From contig JAMWBK010000006.1 in assembly GCA_029953675.1 (NCBI GenBank), positions 930,001-994,000 of the forward strand: 64,000 bases of DNA. Direction: 5' to 3'. Origin of the DNA: Rhodosorus marinus CCMP1338 (Eukaryota > Plantae > Rhodophyta). The position numbers and the translations under genes are program-made. This document shows, in pieces, positions 12,555 through 24,355 of this stretch; within the stretch, counting starts at the first letter, position 1, and each line of letters starts with the position of its first letter. The notes under the pieces were generated by a model. It had not been told where the DNA came from, searched no databases, and saw only the letters and a list, made by a program, of their open reading frames with translations.

Positions 12555-13268
12555 TTAACGAAAGACTGGAGACGGATGCGCAAGCTGTAACTCCCTCGTC
12601 AAAGAATTCTGTCCCATTCTGCTACCATCGCTGTCAGTTTTAGCACTGTTTCTCTCAAACGGAGTGGCAAAAGATACGGACAAGTGCTTGTTTTCCGGAT
12701 AAGTTCGCTCAGAGGGCCGAAGAGTACTGCTATCTAGCAGCATCGACCTTTGTGCTTGCCCTGCTGCATTTGGAGAAAGTCTACGCCGCGTGTTCTCCTG
12801 TGCTTGAATCTATGCTTTTTTTGAATCTTACCGGGGAGAAATCTCTTCTCCTCATGGAAAAGCGCTGGATAAAATTGCGACGTGCATGTGTATAATCGAT
12901 TAACGCAGTACGAGGCGACTGGGTCTCTGCTATCGAAGGGAAATAAAAAACCCTATCTTACCATGTTTTTTTCTCGCAACTAGATCCCCCAACTAGTGAT
13001 ACAGTGCGGCGCATAGCCGACCGAGCCCGACTAGCATCTATGCGGAGGGGAACCAAAAATTGCGACACAGCTGTCTACTGTCCCAAAGATTCTCAAGGGC
13101 CACCGATTTCAATCTACATATACGCTGTCGTGTATATCACGATCCCCAAGAACTACCGTTTGAAGCCAGTAGGAAACCGATACCTTGCAAAACTTCCCGT
13201 GGGATCCGTTGTTTTTGCAACAATCTCGACCAGAACAGCTCCAAGAGGGAGATTTTCTCGCTGACCAT
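12555..13268 (-). CDS. Putative orphan spliced gene with very short introns
   Basis: Two GTAAGA..AG segments (12930-12961, 32 nt; 12798-12831, 34 nt) join a 98-nt exon to a 243-nt terminal exon in one open frame. A candidate first exon starts MVSEKISLLELFW at 13268, but the link to it is unresolved. No recognisable motif. Confidence 0.3.
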
Positions 13269-13307
13269 GTTCGTCCTCCTAGTACCAGCAATCAGCTTGG
13301 GAGGGTT

Positions 13308-13360
13308 CTGAGTTGCGATGCTGAGTGCGACGCTGAGTGCGACGCTGAGTGCGACGCTGA
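13308..13360. repeat. 12-bp tandem repeat (GCTGAGTGCGAC) x3 plus partial and diverged copies
   Basis: Read directly: exact units at 13320, 13332 and 13344. Confidence 0.95.
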
Positions 13361-13544
13361 CACTTCCCCACCCAGACCCCCTCAACCCCAACGAGGACTA
13401 ATCAGAGATCAAATCGAAACCGCAAGATCGAAACTCTACCAAACCCCACAACAGCCTGGTCTCGGTTTAAGCAAAAAAAAAAATCGAATAAATCCCAACT
13501 CTTTTGACCAATCAAATACCCTATAAAGAATATTCACCCAACCA

Positions 13545-13770
13545 GTGAACCACGCAATTTCGATCTTGATTATATTATTTTACAAAAGCCAAAATCATGT
13601 TACCAATCATACCCCCGTTGAACAATCTATTAACCAATTAAGATTCAAGAATAGATCCGGTCAAGATACTTCCCACCGATTTCACCCTCGGAAAAGCGTT
13701 CGAAATATTTCCGTTTTGCATATTATTTCCATACAATATAGAAAATCGAGAATAAATTTGACGGTAATCC
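13545..13770 (+). mobile_element. Possible second LINE RT fossil
   Basis: NHAISILIILFYK...NQLRFKNRS (NYRPISLL...K...Q.GFR.NRS) is followed in a shifted frame by DFTLGKAFE..ILF (lD..KAFD..iLl). Spacing is shorter than canonical. Confidence 0.3.
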
Positions 13771-15104
13771 CAGTTCATCAGGATACGCTGGATCTCTTTC
13801 CAGCCCTCAATCCATTTCTTGAGATGTGGGTGAGCAAACCAATTCTAACCTCCCCCCCCCCAAATATTCTCGATAATTTTACTTTTATCATATAATAAAA
13901 ACTTTTACTCCGTAAAACCAAGAAGGGTGAGTTCTATTGGCGCAAAGGAAAATAGATCGATTCCATTTGTAAGAATCTCAAACAACAGGTCCAGAGATTC
14001 CGCCTTTTTCCACCCGGGCTAAAAGTATCCCATCTTTCACATAAATCCTGTCTTTTTTAATATTAACGCCATTTTACATCCGACAACGGAATGTTTCATA
14101 TACAACGGACGCGGGGGTAGGGGTTAGGATCAAAGTTCTCCCACTCACTTTAACCCCTCCAAAAAAAAAGACAAAAAAAATTCCCCACCCCGAATACATA
14201 TTTGTTTTTCTACATTATCTGAAAAGGCAGGAGAGGGAGGCAAGTAACGAAGGAGGAACATTGGCCATGGGAATTTTTGGCCCCTTTGGTCACTTTTATT
14301 GTATTTTCAAAACTTTTATGGCTAGGGTTTTCTTTTTAAAAACGCCATTCTCGCTTTTTATTTTGAATTTTGTGAAAGACTACAAATAATCTGACCAATG
14401 ATGTTCTAGTATCTTCCACTGAACTTAATTCCCTCCAAAAAATTTAAAATATGTCGGGTCAAAAAACGTTGTTTTGTTTTAATTTAAAGGGGCCAATAAA
14501 ACATGACAATCGTGACCGATGTTTCCTCAACATTCTCTGGTTTGTCTTAAGAGATGACGAGTAGGGAGAGGATGGGGAGGAAGGGCAGGAGGAGATAGGA
14601 GCCCTTTTGATGAAAGTTCTTGGAGTTTGGTAGAGAATGTGAAAAGTGAAAGATATGATGGTAATTATTTGAAAAAAGGTTTGCAATCGCCTTTATGTAC
14701 AATGGACCTTTTGATTTTCGGTTGTTGAGAGGTGGGAGGGGGGACCGGGGGAAAAGCAGAGCAGAGCAGAGCAGAGCTTTCTGAGGCATGAGAGGCTGTG
14801 AGGTTTGAGTACTTTGTAAGTTTTTGTTGTGTGGAGATTGTTTGGTGGTACCCTTGGAGAGGTTTTTTGGCTCCCGGTACGATTGGTTTTGGTGGTTACA
14901 GCTCTGTGTAGTCTGAAGAGTTCCGTCGGGGTCTTTGACTGTTACTGGGGGCTTTTTTCGATGATGAGTGTAGCTGGAAACTTTTGAGAATAATCTTTGA
15001 AGACGCAAGTCATATGCTGGTAGTGTGCCGTGGACGTGTGTTTGTCTGAAGGGTTTGGCTGCTGTACGTGAACGTGCTGGAAATCACCTGTGCTGGTGAA
15101 AAAC

Positions 15105-16023
15105 ATGATTGATCTGGTTACGTAACTATTTTTAACCGGTCTCAAAAGTTTTCCACTGGTTTAGTCGTGACTTCAGATTTGACAATGGGTTTTCAAGAGG
15201 AGTTCGGTCAATGTGGTCATTGCGATGGTCGCAAGGATCAGTCTCGGGGCCATAAGAAGTGTTTTAGGTCCATGGGCCCCAAATCTCCGCGTACGGGTAC
15301 AAGGCGGAGTCAGAGATTCTACAATTACATGACGCTGAAGGGTCTGTCCGATCCAGCAGATTTTGAAGACGTTGAAAGTCTGAAAAAGCTGGTTCAGGTT
15401 GAAACTCCATCATTATTCGAGGATCTTCTATCCAGCTCAGAGTCCTTGAGCTCTCTGGAGGATTTTCTTGTCATTACTGAGGAAGAACAAACAAATGCGC
15501 TGGCGATGGACGATTTCGGATCCACGACCAACGATCAGGCGTGGCACAAGCCAGGCAGCGCAGGGGATCAGTACAGCAAGATTGACAGGTACCGTGAAAA
15601 GATTTTGCGATTGAGGTTGCGCGGGACTAGCAACAGCTTACTTCGAGCGCATATGGATCTTATTTTCGTAGGCGCGTGCGTGGGTTGATTAGTTCCAGGA
15701 CCGAATGCGTGCTCTCTGTTCTAGCAGATATGGAAAGAGAAGTAAGATTGAAAATTGATCAGGGACTGACACTTCAACTCGATGATGGAATGTGCCGAAT
15801 GGTAGCTCATGGACTCGCACAATACTACGGGATGAAAAGTTGGAGCCAGGATAGCGCGGATGGCACGCGCCTGACCATCCTGCAGCCGACATGCGCGACA
15901 GTTGTCGCCAGCGGAACCCTCTTTGAATATATTGCGAAACGTCAGAACATTTCTCTGTGTAAGCTGAGAGCTCTCAAAGTGTCGATTAGCGCAGTGCAGG
16001 CCCTAACAACAGATCGCTCGTAA
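15105..16023 (+). CDS. R3H-associated N-terminal plus R3H-like domain protein (R3HDM4-like), spliced
   Basis: GTRRSQRFYNY resembles the R3H-associated N-terminal motif. LQLDDGMCRMVAHGLAQYYGMKSWS is an R3H-like motif. Intron 15589-15698 joins ORFs 15167 and 15676 in frame. The start codon is uncertain (15105 via an intron, or about 15185). Confidence 0.75.
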
Positions 16024-16605
16024 TCATGGTTAATTAGGTTATTGAAAACAGTGAGCTCTAGCCCTTAACTACCTTATCTTTCTACTTGTGCGGGTATCAC
16101 GACCTGTATCGCGACGTCAGTGCAATTATATTCAGCTAGAGTACAACTCTAAAGAACCCGGAATAATAAGCGGCACTCCTGTCGAGTAGACGAGTCCCTG
16201 CCCGGATAACTATATTCCAAAAGCTGACATCTACTGAAAACTTCCGAGTCCAAAGTGAAAGGACAAAGTTTAATAGCGACCAAAACCAAACGGTTTGTCC
16301 TTTGGAATCGGCAAGTAGTAGACTATTTCAGTTTTTCTCAAACTATTACGCGGATCCTTGGATTAGTCGAATCGCTAGCCCTTAAGGCAAGCCGAGGCTG
16401 TTTCTGCTAGCAGCGTCCGTGATCCCGCTCTCGAATGGAGAGGACACGAAGCTCGCTCTGACGGGAGCATCATACGCAGGTTCCTCTACCCTTGAAATTC
16501 GTCTAAGAACACATCCAGATCTTCCACGGACGCTAATCTGATCTTGGACCTGAATAATTTACAAAGGAAAATTTTCCGATTTAGACCTTCTGCTCGTTAG
16601 GCCTA

Positions 16606-19600
16606 TTATAGTGCCCATTTTTCCTGAAGCTGAGAGAACAGCCTCACCGGAGCGCCAATAGTATCCGTGCCTGCAGCGACGTCGTCAGCGACAGGCCCCC
16701 AGAGAAAGTCCGCTTCATTAGGTAGCCAAAAGCGCTGCTCCACGGGTGTTGGATTGATCAGCACGACCACTTGAGACCACCTCGATTTTGAAGGCCCCTC
16801 AGGGTGATCCGAAGAAATACGAAAAGCTATGCATCTCTCGGGAGGCTGTGAAAAATGGGGCAAATTGCTCTAGGTCAGCAGCAAATCACAAGGCTCAAAA
16901 CGAGACAACAGCCAATCGCGAACGACCATACCTGAAGCCCAAGTTCCTCGAAGAAGATGAGGTTTTTTCGAATGTCGGATGCGTAGCTCATGGCAAACAA
17001 GTGCTGATGCGCCAGACGCATCTTTATGAGGCCCTTGTAGTACTCAACGCATCGCCTGCGCTCTTGCTTCCACTTCCATTGAACCATGTTCACAGAATCT
17101 GGAGATTCGTAGCTGTTCTCAACTCCGCCTGCAAAAGGGATCTCTGAGACTCAGCAACCGAATCATACTGTCGCCGTGACAAAAAGAGCCAGCTCAGCAT
17201 CACACGCAACTCACCCTTTGTACGGCACATTTCCTGGCCAATCTGGATGAATGGGAGTCCTTGCGAAGTGAAAATGATCAACGCAGCAAGCTTGCCCATC
17301 CTAATGAAGTCAGAATCAGTGAACACTATACTGTCCGTTCTAAGTTCTCGATAATGACTGAACTGATCCCACAGAGTCCGGTTGTCATGGCACTCTGCGT
17401 AGTTGATGGTCTCGGTTGGCTGACTGGCAAAGTCTTCAATTGATCCCATTATTCCTGGTAAAACGGTGGGAGCGATAAGCATCCAGATGGTTTCACAACT
17501 CGTGTACTTCCTCCTTACCTCTCTTCACCTTCTCCGCCTCACCGCCGTCCATCAGGAAGGTTTCTTGAATTCCCCAGTTACCCCTGGGATCAACGCGAGA
17601 GCAAGTTCAGTGCCTTTATAGCTATACTATGCCCGTCAGAGCCAATATCTTCCAATTTTGCTTACCCTCGCAACGCATCTCGAAGCGAGTCATTGAACAC
17701 TCCGAAACCGCGGTCTCTTTGAAAGCCTTTCACAGTCGCGACTATCGGCGACGGGCCACCGGTCCAAGGTTCTCCATAAATTAAAATTCCATCGTCGATC
17801 TTCTTCAGCGCAGCGGCAGCCTGAGTCATCGTCTCTTGGTCGATGAGACCCATTAGATCAAAGCGGAATCCATCAATCTTGTACTCTTCAACCCAGAATT
17901 TCAGAGAGTCAAGTATGAACTTCCGCCCCATGGGCGCATCACTGCGAAACTCATTGCCGCAACCGGATCCGTTTGAGTAGCAAGTGCCACAGTGAGGTTC
18001 ATCGATGCCATGCCATGCGCACGTATTATGACCACTAGCAGCAACCGGATGGCTTACACAATTCCTGTAGTAATAGCGCGGCGCCAAGCCATTGAAACTG
18101 AACCGTGCGTCTAGATTAAACTCGTTGGGATCCTCGCTGGTATGGTTGTAGACGACATCCAGAACGACCTTGATCCCGTTGGAATGGAAACAATCCACAA
18201 GCTGAAAAACCAGAGATCGCCAGCTTCAGCCAAGGCTCTTTCACTAACCATTCCCCTAGTCTTGATCAGTCGGTCCCCAATACCTTTTTGAATTCAACCA
18301 CGCGGGAGAAGTTGCTTGTAGACGACGCATACCATCCGTCAGGTGAGTTGAAGTGCACAGGCATGTATCCCCATCTGTATTCCTCCTGCGAGGTTTCATC
18401 ATTATCAAAGTCCTGCAAACCACGGGATTTCCCGAAAAACAGTCCGCAGTGAGTCACTGGCCAGCCAAAGCTAAACTCCCCACTGAGGCTGTGTAAGCGA
18501 ATTTTTTTGGGCAGCTCCCTCCTTCGTCCTCACCTGAATAGGCATGATCTGTACAGTGTTGACACCCATTTCAATTATATGTTCAAGGGCCGTTGATATT
18601 TTGACGTTCTGTCCCGTCTTCTCATCCCATACAGTCGTTGACGTTCCTCTCTCTGTCAGACCCATGAATTTGCCTTTCTTGTTCACCCCAGAGGCAGGAT
18701 CGATTGTAGAGTCTCGAAGGTGAAGTTCGTATATTACAGACGCACTCGTCGAAAATTTTGGTCGATCCGCGATCTTCGCACATGTTAAGCATGAGGAAAG
18801 CGCGCGATCTCAGCGCATGCGCCGAATTCTTTCCTGCACCGTGGACTGGTCAATTTCTCACCTTGGTGTTATCCATTGGATGAATCAACCCTCGACCTTC
18901 AGTGTGATGGGCAGTATTACACCTCGAGTACGGATCAATGACTTCAACACCGGGATACAGCCGCTTGTCAGAGCCCTCCGCAAGCAACTTGTAGTACTTG
19001 CCTTTAAGATTTCCCTTGATCTTCGCCTTCCAGCAGCCTTGGGGAATTCTTCTCATCTGATGTACCTTTCGACCCCCACCCTGCATCCGGATTAGGTCGC
19101 GGCGTGTGATTCAGTTAGGTATACACACGTAATCACCAAGCCAAAAAAGTCCTCCTAGTACTCACCCCATTGGGCCCAACTGCAGTATCGTATAGGACCA
19201 CGGATACCTGATCCGCTTCAGGAGCGAAAGTGCGAAAAGTGCACTCCGATAAGCCAAACTCTAAACCAAGGTCGCCTTCGTAAAGATAGTCGTCCCAATT
19301 CTCATATCTACAAATACGCATTGGTCATTCACAAGGGGTATCAGCGCTGGCTCACAAAGTCAAGAGACTAGATATCCCCACTCGGAGAAAAAAAATCAAG
19401 CTCTTAAGACCACGGTTTGAAGCGAGCAGTGCTCTTGTAAGGTAGGGAACTGCTGACCTTCGCCATCTGAGGAGCTCCGGGGTAAAGTTGCGAATGCTCA
19501 CAGTATAGTCCTCTACTCGAAAATCTTCGTCAAGTAGTTTCGCCTGGTTCTCTACGTGGATCACGCGCAGCACAGAAGACTTTCTTTCCATCTTGACTAT

Positions 19601-22408
19601 TTTCATCGCCTTCCCGTTAGCAGGCTTGATTATCAACGATGACTTCTTCGAGCTGTCATCTATATTTGGATGGAACCATTTCAGGTCCATCGATGAGTGC
19701 AAAGAGATGGTCCTGCAGAAATCATAAGAGCGTGAGTCGCTTTTCGTGGCGAAGAAGTACAGTGCTTGCGGGAAAAGGCAATGAACTTACCCATCGACTT
19801 CAACAAATGGGGTTAAGTTTCCAATGGCGTCCTCCAATTTCCGAACCAGGTGTGGGTGTCCTTGAAGAAAGAGATAAGGGTCGGTGAAGTTGGGACGCTT
19901 GCCCTCCGCCTTCCACATCCTCTGCGGTTCATCCTTTGCAGTCCAATGTTCTCCTCCTTGTCGGCCAATCAACAAAATCTCTCTTCCAGAGCTGAAAGAG
20001 AAGAAAGTATAAGCACCGACGACTTCGTTAGACGAAAAAATTCATGATGCAGACATATGGTTGGAACGAGGAACAGTGGGGAGTGGAGCCAACCCGTAAA
20101 GCGACCGATCAACGCGGAATGTTGGATACGACGCGTTCTCCCAATCAACCGGCTGTGCTGCGACTGGATCTGAAAAGTCGTCGTCGTTGTCCCAAGTCCA
20201 TATATCCCAACCCGCTGCATCATCATCAAACCGTCTGTACTCGACGTAAAAATATCTCTCGCGGTTTAGCACCTTCCGGTCCGGTTCGTCCTGGAAAAGC
20301 TACGACAGGGAGCAAGCTATCTCAGTCTACGGGTGAAAAAATGTATCGCTCGAACTGGCGTCTTCGGCACGATTGACTTACTCCAAGATAGCCTTGCGTT
20401 AAATGCAATTCTCCCTCGAGTCGATCCTCGGGAACCTCACGCCAAGAGTCCGTCATTTCGTATAGCTTTGTGCTCTCAGGTCCGTCAGTCTCTGATCGAG
20501 TGAATGTGAAAGTTAGACGTCTGCAAAACAATTTTGGCCCAACAATAGACAACCGTACCGAGTTCTTCCCTCGTTTTGACCGGTCGAATCAGAACTTTAG
20601 ACGACGGAGGGAACCAAAAGTCGCTGAGCTCGAACAGCCCCGGCTGTTCCTCCGATACGGCCGGTACGGGAACAATCGCCTGTTCGTTTCAAGCAAATTA
20701 GCAGGAGAAAGCAATGAGAGGTACTAATCATATTTCAAGAACTGACCTGTCCATCTTACCTGTGATGAGCCTGCCAACGTCTTCCACTCATCGCAGGTGA
20801 CCTCAAGCTGCCAGTTGCTGTCTACCGGCCCACCCACTCGATGATATGTGACTTGTCGGGGACGTGGTTCAAAGGTGACCGGGCCGTCCATTCCCTCTAA
20901 GAGGAAAATATGGTACCCAAATTCTGGTTGCCATCGGTACTCTTTGCTTGTCGCCCCCGAGCCGATACACTCGAACGCAAAAGAGAGGCCTGAATTGAAC
21001 GAGGGAGCCGTCGCACATCAGACAAGCGAATCTACAAAGAGTGGCCATGTGGCAGCCCGAAGAACATGGATTTTGGTGGTAGCGAGCTCACCGCTGGTAG
21101 CTATAGAGGGTAGCATGCCCGGGGAAAACTCAAACGCTGAGATGGCTGCATGTTTGGCCACCCGCTCCTTTATCCGGAGTCTGCGTTTGAGGTTGCCTTG
21201 AGACCAGGCTGTGAGAACCAAATCATCCTCATATCCATCGAATCGATGATAAAACACAGTTAGGAGCTTCTGCTTCTGTGCCTGCAAAGGATGTCAGGTT
21301 GCACCGATCAGTGGCCGGTAACGATTCCAACCATTGCAAATTGACTTCTTGAATGCCCGTAATTGAGCTGCAATTCGGCAACCAATCACCAACTCCCAGA
21401 AGCTATTGCTCACCTTCGAGTCTAGAGGTTGGCTCAAGAGGGAACTTTCAAAGCCATCGTTGGGTCTTGGCTCAAATTTCGGCGCTTTGATGGTGATGTC
21501 CACACCTTGGTCAGGTGCCCATACCAATTGCGGACGATCTGGGGTGCTGTGGTTGTCTACGACGCTGATCCCTTGAGCATTGAATGGAGTTTTGTTAGCC
21601 GCCACGCCCGGTGCCAGACTCTGCTGAACAACTTACCGATCTCTTTGCTTCCGTAGCTCATAGTGTCAAGAAGGAAAATATCTCTGTATTGCGTTGCAGG
21701 GAACACGTCTTTGCTCCTATCTCCATCCTCGAAGGTAGCCAAGTACAGGTGCGAAGATCCTCTAAACACGAGCGATGGCAACGAAACTCGGGCGTCAGGG
21801 GGCAAACCCCTCTTGTGGCAGACTAACCACCTATGTCCTGAAAAACTTACACATTCTCAACATTAACGACGACGAACCGGGTCCCGAAGTCTGCTATGGA
21901 GGTGAAAACGGCTTCTTCGCCTTCCACAATGTAAATATTTTCCTTTTCTCCCTTTACCAGCGCTCCGAGTGGTATTTCTCGACTTGGTGTGTCCTTGGCA
22001 CACCATTCCCCCCATTTGGCTTCAACCCGAAGAGTTGTACCCTTGGGATCTGGAAATTTGGAACCACTCCCCACAACAAGTTCAAATACAGATCCTACCC
22101 ATTTCATCAAGACCAGGTGGATCAGTTCGTGCTTCTGTCAGTGGACCCAGATAAAGGAAAAAATAAAACAGCGTACCAAACGGATCTCGATAGGGTGACA
22201 TAGTTTTCGAATCAATTAAGGGAAGCAAGGAAAACCCGTCACTGGTCTTGCCATTTCTGACCCCCCACAACCAGAGCTCCCAACCATCGTAATCAGCCAA
22301 GGTGCGCCTATAGTGAATCTTCAACGTCGATTTTCCTGCCTCCATCTTTTCACGCACCAATTCCGCTTCCGGATCGTAGAGACAGTCGGCCCGGACCACG
22401 GCACCCAC
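16606..22408 (-). CDS. Type I pullulanase (GH13) with multiple N-terminal CBM41/PUD-like modules and CBM48; many introns; both ends approximate
   Basis: Catalytic GH13 motifs: YRWGYMP, LDVVYNHT, GFRFDLMG, YGEPW, YAECHDN, GQE..RTK. CBM48-like YEGDLG...FRTFAPEA. Upstream exons carry PUD-like starts LKIHYRR..ADYDGWELWLW, LTVFYHRFDG, VTYHRVGG..NWQL and YVEYRRFD..AGWDIWTW. Confidence 0.92.
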
Positions 22409-22660
22409 GAATCACGAGCTCACCTTCGATGCACAAACAAACCACGGCAAAGAATCCCCCCCCCCCCCCTAAAAAAAAAAATCTTACCAAGCAGGTCAAT
22501 CGCGCCTCACACAATCAAAACCCTCAATCATCCCCGCGACTCCCAAATCCCGATCAGCACACCCACATCACGACTACCATTTCCCACATTTTATCCTCTC
22601 CCTCAGAGAAAACAGGAATAAAACAAAAACATCGCAAAACTCCAAACACCTGCTTCTCCC

Positions 22661-22671
22661 CTCCGATCCTC

Positions 22672-22708
<37 letters not shown>

Positions 22709-22790
22709 CCCCACTCTCTACTCTCCGATCTTCAACAAAAACACACAACCCCAATCCCTCCTCCTCCGATCTTCAACACACACACCCTCT
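22661..22790. repeat. (AC)17 microsatellite (22673-22706) within three copies of CTCCGATC(C/T)TCAACA (22661, 22723, 22764)
   Basis: Read directly; lies upstream of the pullulanase gene. Confidence 0.9.
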
Positions 22791-24058
22791 CCCCACCCAC
22801 CCCAACTAAACCCTAGCCACCCATACCAAACAAAAAACCCTCCCGAAAAACAAAAAAAATTATAGGATACTAAAAATCGCGCTCGATCCGTTGTGTAACA
22901 TTTTTGGATGAGGAGGACCACTTCTCCTCATCATTTCACGAACAAATTCCAAAATCGTCCTTAAAGAAGACGAAGTACATGTTGCAAGGTACAAATTGAC
23001 GTAGGAAAAGACAACCAAAGAGAAAAAGGTTCGCGCGGAGGGGCAGAGAGGAGGGGGGGGGTGCACATTATCTCTTTTCCTTTCAAAACCTTACGAAAAA
23101 CTCAGAAAACCGGGTTTTTGGAATATAATCCATTTACGATCTCCTTAACCCGATCTCAACTTTTTCAAAATTTCAACTTCTTTCTAGGGTTTTTTTGAGG
23201 AAAATATTGAGCGCAATTCATATGTTTTGTTTTTTTTGGTAGTATTTCCACGGAGAACGACGATGACGAAACTGTTTATTTCTTTTCCACGGTGGTGGAG
23301 GGGGGAGAGGGGGGGGGTACTGTTCTTTAATTTTGTTCTTTTTGGCGGGAGGCTTTTTTTTTTTTTTCTGTTTTGTTCTGTTGGATCGATCATTTAGAAG
23401 AATCCGACCTTTGGAGAGGGAGGAGGAAGAAAAGCAGAGTGGTTACTATATAGAAAAGGCCCGTCGTGGGTGGGTCAAACCCACGTTTTGCTTTTCATAT
23501 AAGCAAGTGATGGTGACGGGACGAGCAACGAACACCATAAGCAAGTACTTATGAGGTCGATGATTAGTCCGCAGGATTAGGTCAGGGGTTGTTGATAGAG
23601 CTGTGGAGACTTCAATCCCCCTTCCTCTTTCGCAAACTCGTTTTGGGGCGAAAGCCGTAAGGCTGAGGGACGCCGTGGTTGTGCAACTTTTAATGTACTT
23701 TAGCCACCAGGTTCAAGAACTGTCCACCGCAGTCTGGTTCAGGTTTCTCTCCCCGGCCGGCATGAGGTGGTGTGATGAACGGCTCTTGTCAAAAACTTCA
23801 CACAAGCTTCAGAGAAACATCGAATGGGCGAGGTTGCCGGGCTCGCTTTCAGCGTTCAAGATTCAGTTTCGTTGTTAACTTGAAGGTACACATGGGATGG
23901 ATGCCATGTGAAAGAGCCTTTCCTCGCTCTTACGAGTTCTCTGATCTGGATGAGCGGCAGCACTCAGGAGGTAGCTAGGGTTTTACTTGTCGAAGGCTGC
24001 GAAACGTTTCCTTCTAGGAGAAGCCCAACCCCCTCCCATGACAAAGGTAAAGGTCCCG

Positions 24059-24355
24059 AACAGAGCCTCGATGTGCATAAGCAGTCCCTTTTTCGGTCCC
24101 AGACGCATGCACAGGCGAGAACGTTAGGTTCCCGTGTTCGTGTTTGGTGCTTTTAGGACCATAAGCTCAGGCCACCTGGTAGGAGCAAAGTGGAGAACCT
24201 TTGTAAACATCCCGCACAGCCCCGATGTGCATAAGCAGTCCCTTTTTCGGTCCCAGACGCATGCACAGGCGAGAACGTTAGGTTCCCTTGTTCGTGTTTT
24301 GCGCTTTTAGGACCATAAGCACAGGCCACTCTGGTAGGAGCAAGTTGAAGAACCT
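24059..24355. repeat. Tandem duplication of about 154 bp, two closely similar copies
   Basis: GATGTGCATAAGCAGTCCCTTTTTCGGTCCCAGACGCATGCACAGGCGAGAACGTTAGGTTCCC is identical at 24070 and 24224; similarity continues with substitutions and small indels. Confidence 0.95.

Noticed and set aside
13308-13360. Regularly repeated units as a possible CRISPR array (also 47933-47992 and 22661-22790)
   Set aside because: Units are directly adjacent with no unique spacers, there are no cas genes, and the context is eukaryotic.
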